Positions 30,297-41,505 of a stretch of 64,000 bases of DNA are shown here, piece after piece. Where the stretch lies: NCBI GenBank assembly GCA_964578595.1, contig CAZODP010000005.1:4966-68965 (forward strand), in the 5' to 3' direction. Numbering within the stretch: the stretch's first letter is position 1; the number at the start of each line of letters is the position of its first letter. The notes beneath the pieces were generated by a model, which saw nothing but the letters and a program-made list of their open reading frames with translations, was not told the origin of the DNA and did no database searches. Origin of the DNA: an uncultured bacterium. Its GTDB lineage: Bacteria; Cyanobacteriota; Cyanobacteriia; Thermostichales; Thermostichaceae. Made by a program: the position numbers and the translations under genes.

Positions 30297-30853
30297 CACG
30301 ACTGATTTTTTTGGGGCCACCGGGCGCAGGCAAAGGCACACAGGCAGGTCTACTGGCAAGTGATTTTGGTATTCCCCAAATCTCCACCGGCGACCATTTG
30401 CGGGCGGAGGTGAAAGCTGGAACTGAGCTGGGCCTTGAGGCCCAAGGCTACATGGATAGAGGCGATCTGGTGCCGGATCCGATCTTGATTACGCTGGTGA
30501 GAAATCTGCTGCACCATCAGGCCAGCGGCTGGATCCTGGATGGCTTTCCCCGCACCCTACCCCAAGCTGAAGCTCTCGATCAGCTCTTGACTGATCTGAA
30601 GCAGCCCTATGACTCGGTGATCAGCTTAGATGTGCCTGATGATGTGATCGTGGAGCGGCTGCTGAGTCGAGGCCGTTCCGACGATACTCCTGAGACGATC
30701 CGATACCGGCTTGATGTTTATCGCCAGCAGACCCAGCCTCTGATTGAGTACTACAGTCGGCGGCGATGTCTCCAGCAGGTGGATGGCAACCAGGGGGTGG
30801 AGCAGCTTCACAGTCATCTACATGGCTTAGTTATTGCCGCAAAAGCCAGTTAG
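30293..30853 (+). CDS. adk: adenylate kinase
   Basis: [38 protein letters not shown]. Short LID-type form. Confidence 0.95.
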   Translation: MTRLIFLGPPGAGKGTQAGLLASDFGIPQISTGDHLRAEVKAGTELGLEAQGYMDRGDLVPDPILITLVRNLLHHQASGWILDGFPRTLPQAEALDQLLTDLKQPYDSVISLDVPDDVIVERLLSRGRSDDTPETIRYRLDVYRQQTQPLIEYYSRRRCLQQVDGNQGVEQLHSHLHGLVIAAKAS

Positions 30854-31440
30854 CCCTCACCTGGCTTGACCCGCTCTTGGGCCATGTCAATCTTTTGAAT
30901 AGCCCGCTGGAGGACTTGCTCCCAGTTGGTGTCGCTATCCCAGGGGGCAAAGGCTGCCTCGCCAGTGAAGGGATTGTAGATGCGACAGAAGAGCACCTCT
31001 TCGCTTTCGCCCGGTTCGACAGCAATGGTGATGGGTTGCTTCAGCTTGACGGTTGGGATCAGCGATAGCGTGTAGAGAGCACTTTTGGCAAAATTAGAGT
31101 CCAGTCCAGACTCCAGCACATACCGCCGATCGGCTTTGAGGTGAATATGGAGTTTTTGGACCGTCTGGTTGCGGCGGATAGCCTCGATTTTTTCGAGTTT
31201 GGTGACAATGCCAGTCAGGGCCTCCGCTTCGATGGGCTGCGGTCTGCGCTCGTCATCGAGGGTGTACCACAGGGATCCGTGGGAACGATTGCAGTAGATA
31301 AAAAGCGGACGAGGTGAACGCCCAAAGCCCAGAGGGATCTCTGAAGCAGCCTCTTTCGACGCAGACAGAGCCAAAAGAATTTGCTTGAGCAGTTGATTTT
31401 GTTCTGCAATCAATGTCGCTTGATCAGATGTGGTGTCCAT
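30850..31440 (-). CDS. hypothetical protein (no family recognised)
   Basis: 196-codon ORF with a protein-like composition. Its stop codon (30850-30852) overlaps the adk stop codon (30851-30853). Confidence 0.5.
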   Translation of the reverse strand: MDTTSDQATLIAEQNQLLKQILLALSASKEAASEIPLGFGRSPRPLFIYCNRSHGSLWYTLDDERRPQPIEAEALTGIVTKLEKIEAIRRNQTVQKLHIHLKADRRYVLESGLDSNFAKSALYTLSLIPTVKLKQPITIAVEPGESEEVLFCRIYNPFTGEAAFAPWDSDTNWEQVLQRAIQKIDMAQERVKPGEG

Positions 31441-31536
31441 GCTTTCACCCTGTTTAATGTCTCAAAGTTTAATGCCTCAAGCATACGAGAGCGTTACGCC
31501 GCAGCGTCAAGGGGAAGATCAGTTCATCCCCAAGCC

Positions 31537-32283
31537 CTAGACCAGGGGACGCTTGGCTGGGATGCCGATTGATCGCGGATAGATGGCCGGGGTTGGGGCT
31601 ACTTTTTGGAGCAGGATCCCATGTCGGATCCCTTGGGTGATGGGGGTCACAAACGGATCCACAGCTTTGATCTCAGCCCCTAATTTCTGACAGGCCAGGG
31701 CCAAAGCCTGCTCTTGTTCAAGATCCCAGTGGCCTCGATAGAGCAAGGCATAGCCCCCCAACTTCAGCAGGGGAAGGCTCAACTCAGCACAGACGCCGGC
31801 GGATCCAAGGGCACGATTGAGGGCCAAATCATACTGATCTCGTTGCTGACGCCCCACAATCTCCGCCCGTTCGGCCATAGTTGCAACCGTGAGTCCCAGA
31901 GCTGAGACCGTCTGCTGGGCAAATTGCATCCGCCGCTGGGTGGCATCCAACAGGCTGACCCGCCAAGCAGGCGCAAAAATGCCCACAGGGATCCCTGGAA
32001 ACCCGGCCCCACTGCCGATATCAATCACCGATAAAGCCGCTTCAAAATACCCAGTATCCACAGCCTCAATACTCCGTAGAGGCCGCAGCGAGTCCCAGAG
32101 GTGCTTTTCCCAAAAATCGGTCCGTTCCGTGATCCGGGTGAGATTTTGGGATTGATTACCTGCCAAGACAGCCTGATATAGAGCCTGAAACTGGTCCAGT
32201 TGCCGAGGGGAAGGATCCCAGCCCAGATGCTGATGCCACCCCGCCTGCGACCAAAGGTTGAGATCACTCTTGACATTACTCAC
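31537..32283 (-). CDS. rsmG: 16S rRNA (guanine527-N7)-methyltransferase
   Basis: NLTRITERTDFWEKHLWDSL, IDIGSGAGFPGIPVGI, VTARAV-like block (ALNRALGS) and the length fit GidB/RsmG. Confidence 0.9.
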   Translation of the reverse strand: MSNVKSDLNLWSQAGWHQHLGWDPSPRQLDQFQALYQAVLAGNQSQNLTRITERTDFWEKHLWDSLRPLRSIEAVDTGYFEAALSVIDIGSGAGFPGIPVGIFAPAWRVSLLDATQRRMQFAQQTVSALGLTVATMAERAEIVGRQQRDQYDLALNRALGSAGVCAELSLPLLKLGGYALLYRGHWDLEQEQALALACQKLGAEIKAVDPFVTPITQGIRHGILLQKVAPTPAIYPRSIGIPAKRPLV

Positions 32284-33163
32284 GCGGATTAACCCATGAT
32301 CTCAACTCGGATCTCAACTCGGATCTCAATTCGATCGAACTTGACTCAAGCGAACTTGACCCGACCCGGCGAAACACTTGCTCCACCTCTTGAGTAACCC
32401 CCCGCAAGGATCCATCCACCTGATGTAGATCCTGACTTAGGGCCATCACCGGCACCAGATCCAGCTCTCGCAATTGTTCCCAGCCCTGATCCTGGCCCCC
32501 ATCCCACATCTGCAGAGAAACCAGTTGAGGGGACTCAAAATAATCCTCTAATTCCTGTTCGATGGCACCCAAGACCGCCTCAAATCGTTCAATACTGCTC
32601 TGGAGCTGGGGTAACAAGCTGGTCAGGCGGCCATGGTGTTGCTGGATCTGGCCCACATAGCTGAGCCAGTCTTGGGGCGGGGGATCCCCTGGCAAAACCG
32701 ATAGCCAGTAATCCGCCTCCACCAACTCCAGCCAAAGTTCATCGCAAAGCTCTAGGCAGCGGGTCAGCATCTGCCGTGCCCCCTCCAATCGTCCATACTG
32801 CGGATCCAGCCACATCAAGCGCAGATCCCACAAATAGTCCTGCCAAAGCTGCTGCAAGTCCACCTGCCAAACCTGGCCGGATCCTTCTCGACGCGGGGAT
32901 CCCAACCGGGGTGCCAAGGCAACTGCGGATCCAGCCCACAAGCCCCATCCCAATGCCAACAAGCCTGAGAGCAATAATCCTGAGGGGATCCCCAGCCGCC
33001 CCCTGTCGTCCTCAAAGCTCCAGCTCACTGCCCCCACCGCCGTGATCACCATGCCCGTCACCAGCGTTGATCCCTGTTGCCACCACCCCCGCGCCATCCC
33101 CCACAACCCAGGCCCCCGACAGCGACGCTGGACATACTCTCGAAAAGTCTCGGTGGGATCCAT
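32276..33163 (-). CDS. hypothetical membrane protein (two N-terminal TM helices, Trp/Leu/Gln-rich helical body)
   Basis: 295-codon ORF whose 3' end overlaps the rsmG start by 8 nt. No family recognised. The C-terminus carries an (ELRS)x3 repeat. Confidence 0.5.
   Translation of the reverse strand: MDPTETFREYVQRRCRGPGLWGMARGWWQQGSTLVTGMVITAVGAVSWSFEDDRGRLGIPSGLLLSGLLALGWGLWAGSAVALAPRLGSPRREGSGQVWQVDLQQLWQDYLWDLRLMWLDPQYGRLEGARQMLTRCLELCDELWLELVEADYWLSVLPGDPPPQDWLSYVGQIQQHHGRLTSLLPQLQSSIERFEAVLGAIEQELEDYFESPQLVSLQMWDGGQDQGWEQLRELDLVPVMALSQDLHQVDGSLRGVTQEVEQVFRRVGSSSLESSSIELRSELRSELRSWVNPRE
32298..32333. repeat. 3 x 12-bp in-frame tandem array (GATCTCAACTCG; encodes (ELRS)3 on the minus strand)
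   Basis: Two exact copies plus one copy with a single mismatch. Confidence 0.9.
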
Positions 33164-33708
33164 AATCTAGTGAACAGCTAAGAGGCTATCAATCTGAGTA
33201 TCAGATCAAGGCGCGGGATTGGCAGATGAAAGATTTCATTCTGATTTGGCTTGCTTTCATATCCCCATTTTGGATCCATTGTTTGTAGATTTGCAAAACT
33301 CTGCCTAGCAAAGCCATCAAGTCCCAAACCGATTCTTGGTTCGGGGTGTCCGTTGTTCAGTGTTTTCGTGGTCACTCAAGACCAATCGCTATCATCCGGT
33401 TAATTCCGTTGGCTTAGTCTGTGGCATCAGGGCAGCCCATTGGTCTGGTCAGGTAACTCTGAGCAGGTTTTTAGTTCAGGTTTTTTAGATCCATCCTGGG
33501 CAACGACCGGTGGTAGGGGCTGTGCCGATAACCCCAACGCATCAGGATCCGGCCATGAGACTCTAGGGTGGCCATGAAGCTGGGCAAGATTTTTTACCAT
33601 AAGGCTCGGTACTATATCTGGGGCAGCCTGACCAAGGTTCTCTTCACTTCTCAATACAAAATTGAGAGCAGTTAAGCTGTAGCCATCGGATCCTATGGAG
33701 TCTGCCTC

Positions 33709-34731
33709 ATGGCTTTCACTTCGACACTGCCCCAATCCAGCACTGATCTTGAATTGTCCAGAAATGTCTTGACTCTCTCCCGTCACGTACTCCAGCAGTT
33801 TGAAGACTTTAGTCCAGCCGCCCAAGACTTTAGTGCGCTGATGAGCCGGGTGGCTCTAGCTGGCAAAATGATCGCACGACGGCTGAGTCAATCGGGTCTT
33901 GTGGAAGATGCCCTTGGGGTGACCGGATCCATCAATGTGCAAGGGGAGGTGCAGCAGCAACTGGATGACTATGCCAATCGTGCATTTATTCGGGTGTTGG
34001 AGCAAACCGGACTGGTCTGCCGCATTGTCTCCGAAGAAATGCGTGCTCCGGCCCGACTACCAGAAAATTGTTCCCTCAGTCGATTCGCCCTTGTGTTTGA
34101 CCCCCTAGACGGATCCTCCAATATCGATGCCAATTTGACTGTGGGATCAATTTTTGCTGTCTTACAAGCGGAAGGTGTGGATCAAGGCAATAGTGAAGAT
34201 TTATTCAAAGCGGGCCGTGACTTTGTTGCAGCAGGTTATATCCTTTATGGCCCCAGTACTCAGCTTGTTTACTCTCTCGGCAAGGGGGTCCATAGCTTTA
34301 CATTAGATCCCAGCCTTGGAGAATTTATTTTAACTCAGACTGATATTCAAACCCCTCAAAAAGGATCAATCTACAGCGTCAATGAGGGCAACTTTGGGCA
34401 ATGGGATCCGGGCATGCAGGACTACATTCGCTTTGTTCATCGCCAGGGCTATACCTCTCGCTACAGCGGCGCATTGATAGCAGATTTTCATCGGATCCTG
34501 CTGCAGGGGGGGGTCTATCTATATCCCGGTACTGTCTCTAAGCCTGATGGTAAATTGCGACTGATGTATGAGGCGGCCCCTCTGGCATTTCTGCTGCATC
34601 AATCGGGGGGCGTGGCTACCTCTGGTACTGTAAACATCATGGATATTGTGCCTCAATCGCTTCATCAAAGGGTGCCGCTCATTCTGGGCAGTCCTGATAA
34701 TGTCCAAGAGGTTTTGGACTGCCTTAAATGA
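33709..34731 (+). CDS. fbp: fructose-1,6-bisphosphatase class 1
   Basis: [77 protein letters not shown]. Confidence 0.92.
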   Translation: MAFTSTLPQSSTDLELSRNVLTLSRHVLQQFEDFSPAAQDFSALMSRVALAGKMIARRLSQSGLVEDALGVTGSINVQGEVQQQLDDYANRAFIRVLEQTGLVCRIVSEEMRAPARLPENCSLSRFALVFDPLDGSSNIDANLTVGSIFAVLQAEGVDQGNSEDLFKAGRDFVAAGYILYGPSTQLVYSLGKGVHSFTLDPSLGEFILTQTDIQTPQKGSIYSVNEGNFGQWDPGMQDYIRFVHRQGYTSRYSGALIADFHRILLQGGVYLYPGTVSKPDGKLRLMYEAAPLAFLLHQSGGVATSGTVNIMDIVPQSLHQRVPLILGSPDNVQEVLDCLK

Positions 34732-34785
34732 GCTAAAAGCCAGTCAGCTAAAAACTAACTTGAGTAGCTTCCCTGGAGATCCCTA

Positions 34786-36129
34786 TTGTCCCGCCTTTTG
34801 CCTTCTTCTCGGTGGACTGATCTCGGATCCCGATTTATGCGGCTGGCGGCAATCAATGTGCTGTCCAATATCACAGTGCCCTTGGCTGGCCTTTTAGACA
34901 GTGCTTTTTTGGGATATCTTTCGGATCCGGCTCCCTTAGCGGGGGTAGCTTTGGCAACTGTACTGTTCAATTTTTTCTACTGGTCATTTGGTTTTTTGCG
35001 GATGAGCACCACCGGTTTGACGGCCCAAGCGGTGGGGCAGCAGGATCCGGCAGCGGTACTGGCGGTGGGGATGCGCAGTGTCATCTTGGCCCTTGGGATT
35101 GGATTGGGATTGCTGCTGCTGCAACAGCCCCTAGGGGAGCTGGGCTTTGAGTTGTTGCAGGGATCCCCAGCGGTCAAAGGGGCAGGACAGGCCTATTATG
35201 GGGCGCGATTGTGGGGGGCACCGGCCTATCTGCTCAACCTGGCGGTATTGGGCTGGTTTTTGGGCTTTGAAAAAGGGGGGCGGGTGCTACTTCTGGCGCT
35301 GGTGGGCAATGGATCCAATGTGCTGCTCAACTATGAGCTGATTGTGCAGCGGGGCTGGGGCAGTTTGGGGGCAGGGTGGGCCACGGCTGGGTCGGACTGG
35401 ATCACGCTAGTGGTGGCAATTGTCCTCGGCCTCCCCTTGGTGCGCCGCTATCCTTGGGGGACGGCTGTGGCTCAGCTCTGGGATCTAGGTCAGATCCGAC
35501 GGATGGTCAGTTTGAATGGGGATATCTGGGTGCGGACCCTGATGTTAGTGGGGGGCTTTTCGGGCTTTACGATCCTGAGTGCGGGTTTGGGAACTGTGGT
35601 GTTGGCGGCCAATAGCCTGATGATCCAGATGCTGAGCTTGGCGGCCTATTTTATTGATGGCTATGGGTTTGCCACCGAAAGCCTGGCGGGTTTGCTCTAT
35701 GGACAGCGGGATCTGGCCCAATTGCGGGTGTTGTTGTGGCTATCCGGGGGAGCCAGCTTGGGAACTGGGATCCTGGCTGGTCTGATGTTCTGGGCATTTC
35801 CAGAGTTTTGGTTTGGACTGCTGACCCAGCAGGAGCCACTTTTGAGGCATATTCAAGCTCATGTGGGCTGGCTGGTGCCGGTATTGGGCTTTGGATCCTT
35901 GGCGTTTATGCTGGATGGCTACTTTTTGGGTCTGAGCCAGGGTCGGATCCTGCGTTGGGGGAGTGTGGCAGCAACCGGTCTGGGCTTTGCACCGTTGGGG
36001 GCGCTGGCCGGATGGTTGGGCAGTAGTCACCTGCTCTGGTTGGCGATGGTGGGCTTTATGGCGGGGCGGGCCATCAGCTTAGGGGTTTGGGTGCCCCATT
36101 CCCTGCGAGTGGAGGTTTTGAGTGACTAG
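34786..36129 (+). CDS. MATE family efflux transporter (DinF-like)
   Basis: 12 predicted TM. N-terminal NVLSNITVPLAGLLDSAFLG and the repeated half-transporter architecture are typical of MATE. The start may be the Met at MRLAAINV. Confidence 0.8.
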   Translation: MSRLLPSSRWTDLGSRFMRLAAINVLSNITVPLAGLLDSAFLGYLSDPAPLAGVALATVLFNFFYWSFGFLRMSTTGLTAQAVGQQDPAAVLAVGMRSVILALGIGLGLLLLQQPLGELGFELLQGSPAVKGAGQAYYGARLWGAPAYLLNLAVLGWFLGFEKGGRVLLLALVGNGSNVLLNYELIVQRGWGSLGAGWATAGSDWITLVVAIVLGLPLVRRYPWGTAVAQLWDLGQIRRMVSLNGDIWVRTLMLVGGFSGFTILSAGLGTVVLAANSLMIQMLSLAAYFIDGYGFATESLAGLLYGQRDLAQLRVLLWLSGGASLGTGILAGLMFWAFPEFWFGLLTQQEPLLRHIQAHVGWLVPVLGFGSLAFMLDGYFLGLSQGRILRWGSVAATGLGFAPLGALAGWLGSSHLLWLAMVGFMAGRAISLGVWVPHSLRVEVLSD

Positions 36130-36147
36130 CGTTTGAGTGACGGGTCT

Positions 36148-36183
36148 TAGTGATCCGATATTAGTGATCCGATATTAGTGATC
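36148..36183. repeat. about 2.6 x 14-bp tandem repeat (TAGTGATCCGATAT) between convergent genes, running into the stop codon of 36175-36750
   Basis: Read directly. Units at 36148-61 and 36162-75, with a partial third unit. Confidence 0.9.
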
Positions 36184-36750
36184 TGAACTTCCCCTACGCA
36201 GCTCAATCTCCCATTGCTGCAGTTCCTCTTGGCGGGCTTCGATCTCCGCCTCCCGCTGCCGCAGATCCTGACTTTGGCGGGTCAAGGTTTGCCGCCACTG
36301 CTCAATCTCAGTCATCTCCGCCTCATAGGTCTGACGGTTAAACTCTGGGCTTGGATTCGTGCCTGGTGAGGTGGCATCTGGGTCAAAGCGGGAAGCTCCC
36401 TCCTTTTGATTCATCAATTGATCAGATTGATCTGAAGCCATAGCTGAAGCAGGATCTTGCTCAGCCCCCCCCCTCGTAGACAGCAACTGAATCACCCAGG
36501 GCAAGGCATCTTTTAGTTTGACCACCTGTTGCTGGGCATCCACCTCAGCCATCAGCAAAACCCCAAGACCGTAGGCGTCGGCTCCTGGGGCTTGGATCCA
36601 AGGCACCACATCCAGCACCCGCCACTGGGATCCGGCTTGGTAGGCCAAGAGTTGCAGCCCCACCTGCCCCACATCTTGGCTGACCTGATCTTTTGTGGGA
36701 TCTTGTGTGGCCTGATCGGCCTTCTTGCTCACACGAGCCAAATACAGCAC
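36175..36750 (-). CDS. hypothetical protein with C-terminal coiled coil
   Basis: 191-codon ORF with a GTG start. C-terminal heptad-like EAEMTEIEQWRQTLTRQSQDLRQREAEIEARQEELQQWEIEL. No family recognised. Confidence 0.4.
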   Translation of the reverse strand: MLYLARVSKKADQATQDPTKDQVSQDVGQVGLQLLAYQAGSQWRVLDVVPWIQAPGADAYGLGVLLMAEVDAQQQVVKLKDALPWVIQLLSTRGGAEQDPASAMASDQSDQLMNQKEGASRFDPDATSPGTNPSPEFNRQTYEAEMTEIEQWRQTLTRQSQDLRQREAEIEARQEELQQWEIELRRGSSDH

Positions 36751-36887
36751 GGCCCAGCATCCTTCGAGCAGCTTAATTGGATTGATTCTATCTGGGTTAG
36801 AGCTGCTTTACTAGCAATGCCCAGATCAGCAGCCCCTTTGCCCATCAGCCCAAACCATCAACCCACCTAAACCATTACCCGAAGGTT

Positions 36888-37535
36888 ATGGGCAGACCTC
36901 AACTGCCAGCTATGGGGCTGCTAGGGATAGGATGGGGGCATCAATGGGTTTGGCACATGGCACACAACCTCCGGATTCTAGTTGGGACTGTGTTGGGACT
37001 GGTGGGCTTGGGCAAACCGGTCTGGGCTAATCAGCCGTTTCAGTTGGATGTGCAATTGGATTCTGCGGTGCAAGAGGACGGATCCGCCATCCGCGAGTGT
37101 ATTGCCTGCGACTGGAGCAACGCTATTCTGACCGGATCCAATTTGAACGGGGCGATCCTCAAAGAGATCAACTTGACAGGAGCGGATTTGCGGCAGGCCC
37201 AACTGGAGGGGGTGGTGTTTAACTTTGCCACCTTGCGAGGAGCGGATCTGAGCGGATCCCGGCCTCATTTTTCGTTTATGTGGGAGGCGGATCTGCGCCA
37301 GACCAATTTTCAGGGGGCGGATCTGAGTGGGGCGAGTTTGAGTGGGGCCGATCTGCGCCAGGCCAATTTGCAAGGGGCCAATTTGCAGGGGGTGGATCTG
37401 ACCGGAGCGCAACTGGAAGGGGCCGATCTACGGGGAGCCGATCTGCGGGGAGCGTTTTTGGAGGGGGTGGATCTCAGCGGTGCTCGGATGGATAAGGCCA
37501 CCCTGCTGGATCCACCCGTGGAGACTCAGCCTTGA
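36888..37535 (+). CDS. secreted pentapeptide-repeat protein
   Basis: Signal-like N-terminus, then about 130 aa of (G/A)ADL(R/S)(G/Q)A pentapeptide repeats. Confidence 0.85.
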   Translation: MGRPQLPAMGLLGIGWGHQWVWHMAHNLRILVGTVLGLVGLGKPVWANQPFQLDVQLDSAVQEDGSAIRECIACDWSNAILTGSNLNGAILKEINLTGADLRQAQLEGVVFNFATLRGADLSGSRPHFSFMWEADLRQTNFQGADLSGASLSGADLRQANLQGANLQGVDLTGAQLEGADLRGADLRGAFLEGVDLSGARMDKATLLDPPVETQP

Positions 37536-39046
37536 CGCCCCGAACGGGTGCGAGAGCGACGACTGCGCGGGCTGGGATCCCGATCCGGAGCGGTTCTGGA
37601 CTTGAGGGTGAGTTTGGGCTTGACAGGAACTGAGCCGCTCTCGGCGCGGGCATGGCTCTGGGAATGACCACCACTGGCCTCTCCTGCCGGAACCACCCGT
37701 TTAGGCTCCTCCGGGCGGTCAGAGCGACGACGGCTGCGCCCCCTTGAGTCTGATCCGGAGCGGTTTGAGGGGGCGGACCACTGCCGGGATCCGGATCCTT
37801 TGGCGGGGGGGCGACGTCCCATCTGAATGGGTTCGGGAGCAATGGATAGATCCGGCTCGTAGCCAGGGGTGACCTCGGTAGATATCTGCTGCTTGAGCAA
37901 ACGTTCAATATCTCTCAGCAGGCCATGTTCATCCACACACACCAGTGACAGGGCTTGGCCGCTATTGCCCGCTCGTCCGGTACGACCGATGCGATGGACA
38001 TAATCCTCAGCCACATTGGGCAACTCAAAATTGACCACATGGGGAAGCTGGTCAATATCCAACCCCCGGGCCGCCACATCGGTGGCCACCAATACCCGCA
38101 CGGATCCCTGCTTAAATTGTGATAGGGCACGGCTGCGGGCGGCTTGGCTTTTGTTGCCATGAATCGCTGCGGTGGTCAGGCCATCTTTTTCTAATTGTTC
38201 CGCCAGCCGATTGGCCCCGTGCTTGGTGCGGGTAAAGACCAACACCTGCCGCCAGTTTTGGGATCCGATCAAATAGGAGAGCAATTCTCGTTTGCGATGG
38301 CGATCCACCAGATGCACCACCTGGCTGACATTTTCAGTGGGGGCATTGCGGCGGGCCACCTCGATCAAGGCTGGATCCGTCAGGAACTCATCCGCCAGTT
38401 TTTTGATCGGATCCGAGAAGGTGGCCGAAAACATCAGGGTCTGTCGTTGGGGGGGGATTTTGTGCAGGATCCGCCGAATGTCATGGATAAAGCCCATATC
38501 CAACATCCGATCCGCCTCATCCAACACCACCATCTCGATCTGGGATAGATCCACCGTGTCTTGGCCCACATGATCCAGTAATCGCCCCGGTGTGGCCACC
38601 AGCAGATCCACCCCCCGCCGCAGTTGATCGATCTGAGGGTTGATGCCCACTCCCCCGTAGACCGCTGTGGATCGCAGGGTCATATAGCGGCCATAGGTGC
38701 TGACACTCTCGGACACTTGGATCGCCAATTCGCGGGTGGGGGTCAAGATCAAGACCCGTGGCAGCCGGGGTGCTTTGGATCGGATCACCGGTTTACCCGA
38801 TTTGTTGAGCTGGGGAGAAGAGGATCCTGGGGCGGCAGCGGTGGCCTGCGATTGGCTGAGCCGGTGCAGCACAGGCAGCGTAAACCCAGCGGTTTTGCCG
38901 GTTCCGGTCTGGGCACTGGCCAATACATCCCGCCCCGCCAAAATCATCGGGATCGCCTGCTGCTGAATCGGGGTTGGTTCGGTGTAGCCTTGGTCGGATA
39001 CAGCCCGAAGAATGTCGGTCGCTAAACCGAGGTCGGAAAATAACAT
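37526..39046 (-). CDS. DEAD-box ATP-dependent RNA helicase (RhlE/CrhR-like) with an Arg/Ser/Pro-rich C-terminal tail
   Basis: Q-motif [27 protein letters not shown] ([13 protein letters not shown]), [13 protein letters not shown]. Confidence 0.95.
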   Translation of the reverse strand: MLFSDLGLATDILRAVSDQGYTEPTPIQQQAIPMILAGRDVLASAQTGTGKTAGFTLPVLHRLSQSQATAAAPGSSSPQLNKSGKPVIRSKAPRLPRVLILTPTRELAIQVSESVSTYGRYMTLRSTAVYGGVGINPQIDQLRRGVDLLVATPGRLLDHVGQDTVDLSQIEMVVLDEADRMLDMGFIHDIRRILHKIPPQRQTLMFSATFSDPIKKLADEFLTDPALIEVARRNAPTENVSQVVHLVDRHRKRELLSYLIGSQNWRQVLVFTRTKHGANRLAEQLEKDGLTTAAIHGNKSQAARSRALSQFKQGSVRVLVATDVAARGLDIDQLPHVVNFELPNVAEDYVHRIGRTGRAGNSGQALSLVCVDEHGLLRDIERLLKQQISTEVTPGYEPDLSIAPEPIQMGRRPPAKGSGSRQWSAPSNRSGSDSRGRSRRRSDRPEEPKRVVPAGEASGGHSQSHARAESGSVPVKPKLTLKSRTAPDRDPSPRSRRSRTRSGRQG

Positions 39047-39321
39047 GATGAGACGTACTCCTCGATTGCCCCTACCCCTGAAGCGGGGACTAGTCTAAGA
39101 GCAGTGGTCATTGAATCAGGTCTGACGGGGCCTGGATCCTGAGAAAATCTTGACTGGAAAGAATCTGGGCTGGATCTGGGCTATCCCACTGAGTCGGCGC
39201 AGACTAGAACGCGCTTAAACAGTATAGTTCTTCTGATGAAATAGGATCCAATAGGATCTATGTCTGGAATTAATACCAATTTGATCCCTGCCTTTACTAT
39301 CGAGCTGTTGAGCACCTGTCC

Positions 39322-40929
39322 ATGACCTCGATCTCTCCGTCTTCCGAACCGTCCCCTCAGCCGCCATCCTCCCCACAAGAGGCTGGGCAAGACCTGCATG
39401 ATCTGCGGGCCACCCGTCTGCAAAAGGCCGAGGACTTACGCCAGCAGGGGATCCTGCCCTATGCCTATCGCTTTGAGGTCAGCCATTTGGCGGGGGCGTT
39501 GCAGCAGCAGTTTGCTGAGCTTGAGGCCGGGGCGGAGGATCCCACTCAGGTTTCTATGGCGGGGCGGATCCTGGCGCGGCGGGTGTTTGGCAAATTGGCC
39601 TTTTTTACCCTGCAAGATCGCTCTGGCACCATTCAGCTCTATCTGGACAAAAAGCTCATCAATGCCGAGATGGGGGATCCGGCCTTTGATATTCTCAAAA
39701 AACTCACCGATGGCGGCGACTGGATCGGGGTGAGCGGATCCCTGAAGCGCACCGAAAAAGGCGAGCTTTCGGTCATGGTCAACCACTATCAGATCCTGAC
39801 CAAATCGCTGCTGCCCCTGCCGGATAAGTGGCACGGCCTCAAGGATGTGGAGAAACGCTATCGCCAGCGGTATGTGGATCTGATCGTCAACCCAGAGGTG
39901 CGCCAGACCCTGCGGATTCGGGCGGCCATTGTCTCCTCCATCAGGCAAGCTCTGGATGCTCAAGACTTTGTGGAAGTAGAAACCCCCGTCCTGCAATCGA
40001 TCCCCGGCGGGGCAGAGGCGCGTCCCTTTGTTACCCATCACAATGCCCTCGACATCCAGCTCTATCTGCGTATCGCCACCGAATTGCACCTGAAGCGGCT
40101 GGTGGTGGGAGGGATCGAGCGGGTCTACGAGGTTGGCCGCATCTTTCGCAACGAAGGGATCTCGACTCGGCATAATCCTGAGTTCACCTCGCTGGAGGTC
40201 TATCAAGCCTTTGCCGACTATCACGACATGATGGAGCTGACCGAAACCTTGGTGACCCATGCCGCCCAAGTGGCCTGTGGTACTTTGCAAATCACTTACC
40301 AAGGGATCCCGATCGATCTGACCCCTCCCTGGCGGCGAGCCACGATGCACGAGCTGGTGCAGGAGGCCACCGGGATTGAGTTTCCGATCCAATCTCTATC
40401 TCAACCTGAATCTCAATCTGAATCTCAGTCTGAGCTGGCAGACCTGGCCCAGCACCTGCAACGGTTCAAAATCCCCGATCTGAACCAAGCGGATTCCATC
40501 GGATCTCTGTTGATCTTGGCCTTTGAGCATTGCTGCGAGGAAACACTGATCCAGCCCACCTTTGTGCTGGACTTTCCGGTGGAGAATTCTCCCCTGACTA
40601 AACCCCACCGCAGCAAGCCGGGATTGGTGGAGCGGTTTGAGCTGTATGTGGCGGGGCGAGAGCTGGCCAATAGCTATTCAGAGCTAACGGATCCGGTGGA
40701 TCAACGGCAGCGATTGGAGGCCCAAGCCGCCCTTAAAGCCGCAGGTAACGAGGAGGCCCACTATCTCGATGAGGATTTTATTACGGCCCTGGAGTACGGT
40801 TTGCCCCCCACCGGTGGCATGGGTATGGGGATCGACCGGTTGGTGATGTTACTGACCGATGCCGCCAGTATTCGAGATGTCTTGGCGTTTCCCCTGCTGA
40901 AGCCAGAGGTGAGTCAACCGGAGAGGTAA
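39322..40929 (+). CDS. lysS: lysine--tRNA ligase (class II)
   Basis: OB anticodon-binding domain, then class II motifs: [44 protein letters not shown]. Confidence 0.95.
   Translation: MTSISPSSEPSPQPPSSPQEAGQDLHDLRATRLQKAEDLRQQGILPYAYRFEVSHLAGALQQQFAELEAGAEDPTQVSMAGRILARRVFGKLAFFTLQDRSGTIQLYLDKKLINAEMGDPAFDILKKLTDGGDWIGVSGSLKRTEKGELSVMVNHYQILTKSLLPLPDKWHGLKDVEKRYRQRYVDLIVNPEVRQTLRIRAAIVSSIRQALDAQDFVEVETPVLQSIPGGAEARPFVTHHNALDIQLYLRIATELHLKRLVVGGIERVYEVGRIFRNEGISTRHNPEFTSLEVYQAFADYHDMMELTETLVTHAAQVACGTLQITYQGIPIDLTPPWRRATMHELVQEATGIEFPIQSLSQPESQSESQSELADLAQHLQRFKIPDLNQADSIGSLLILAFEHCCEETLIQPTFVLDFPVENSPLTKPHRSKPGLVERFELYVAGRELANSYSELTDPVDQRQRLEAQAALKAAGNEEAHYLDEDFITALEYGLPPTGGMGMGIDRLVMLLTDAASIRDVLAFPLLKPEVSQPER
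40399..40434. repeat. 3 x 12-bp in-frame tandem array inside lysS (TCTCAA(C/T)CTGAA; encodes [12 protein letters not shown])
   Basis: Read directly. Confidence 0.9.
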
Positions 40930-41049
40930 CGGGTGAGGATCCCTGAAACTAGCCAGATCGGTAGCCCAGAAAATGCAGGCGGGTCTGGGTATGGCCTACT
41001 GAGCCGCCGCCGCAATGACAGTAGGGTTACGTCCCCAGAGAAAAAAGCT

Positions 41050-41355
41050 CTAATTGGATAGGTGAGCCGTAAACTTTTCGTGCCAATCCCGGAGCACCTT
41101 TTGAGCGGCTGGTGCGGTAAAGTAATCCAGCTTCATCAATTTTTGATAGGTAACAGTCTGGCGAGCGGCCAAAGGTAAATCAGAATTGCGATAGAAATAC
41201 TGGATCCGAGAGATCCGTTGCTCCATTTCCTCAAAAGCATCGGTGGGAACCGGCTGAGAGGTGGTCCGCTGAGGCTTAGTCAGAGGCCCGGTGATGATCT
41301 TGAGCTGGCCCGTAATCTTGCCAAACATGACGCTCTCCCCATGCCATAAAATCAC
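41050..41355 (-). CDS. hypothetical small protein
   Basis: 101-codon ORF (or 92 codons from MFGKITG) downstream of the XRE gene on the same strand. No family recognised. Confidence 0.35.
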   Translation of the reverse strand: MILWHGESVMFGKITGQLKIITGPLTKPQRTTSQPVPTDAFEEMEQRISRIQYFYRNSDLPLAARQTVTYQKLMKLDYFTAPAAQKVLRDWHEKFTAHLSN

Positions 41356-41505
41356 TGGTTCGGCGAATGTTCACCCACAACGGGCCAAAATCTTTCATTC
41401 GCTTACTTTTTATGGTCGCATGAAGCTCTTATGAAGACCATGCCATTCAGCGCATCAAAAAAGTATAAAAAATAGCTTTTAGCAGCGATTAGACGACCGA
41501 TTGAG

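Noticed and set aside
33427-33825. 132-codon minus-strand ORF, plus the 65-codon ORF at 33178-33375, in the spacer upstream of fbp.
   Set aside because: The first overlaps the well-supported fbp start. Neither has a recognisable family or a convincing composition. The 545-bp spacer remains unexplained, but I cannot support a gene call.
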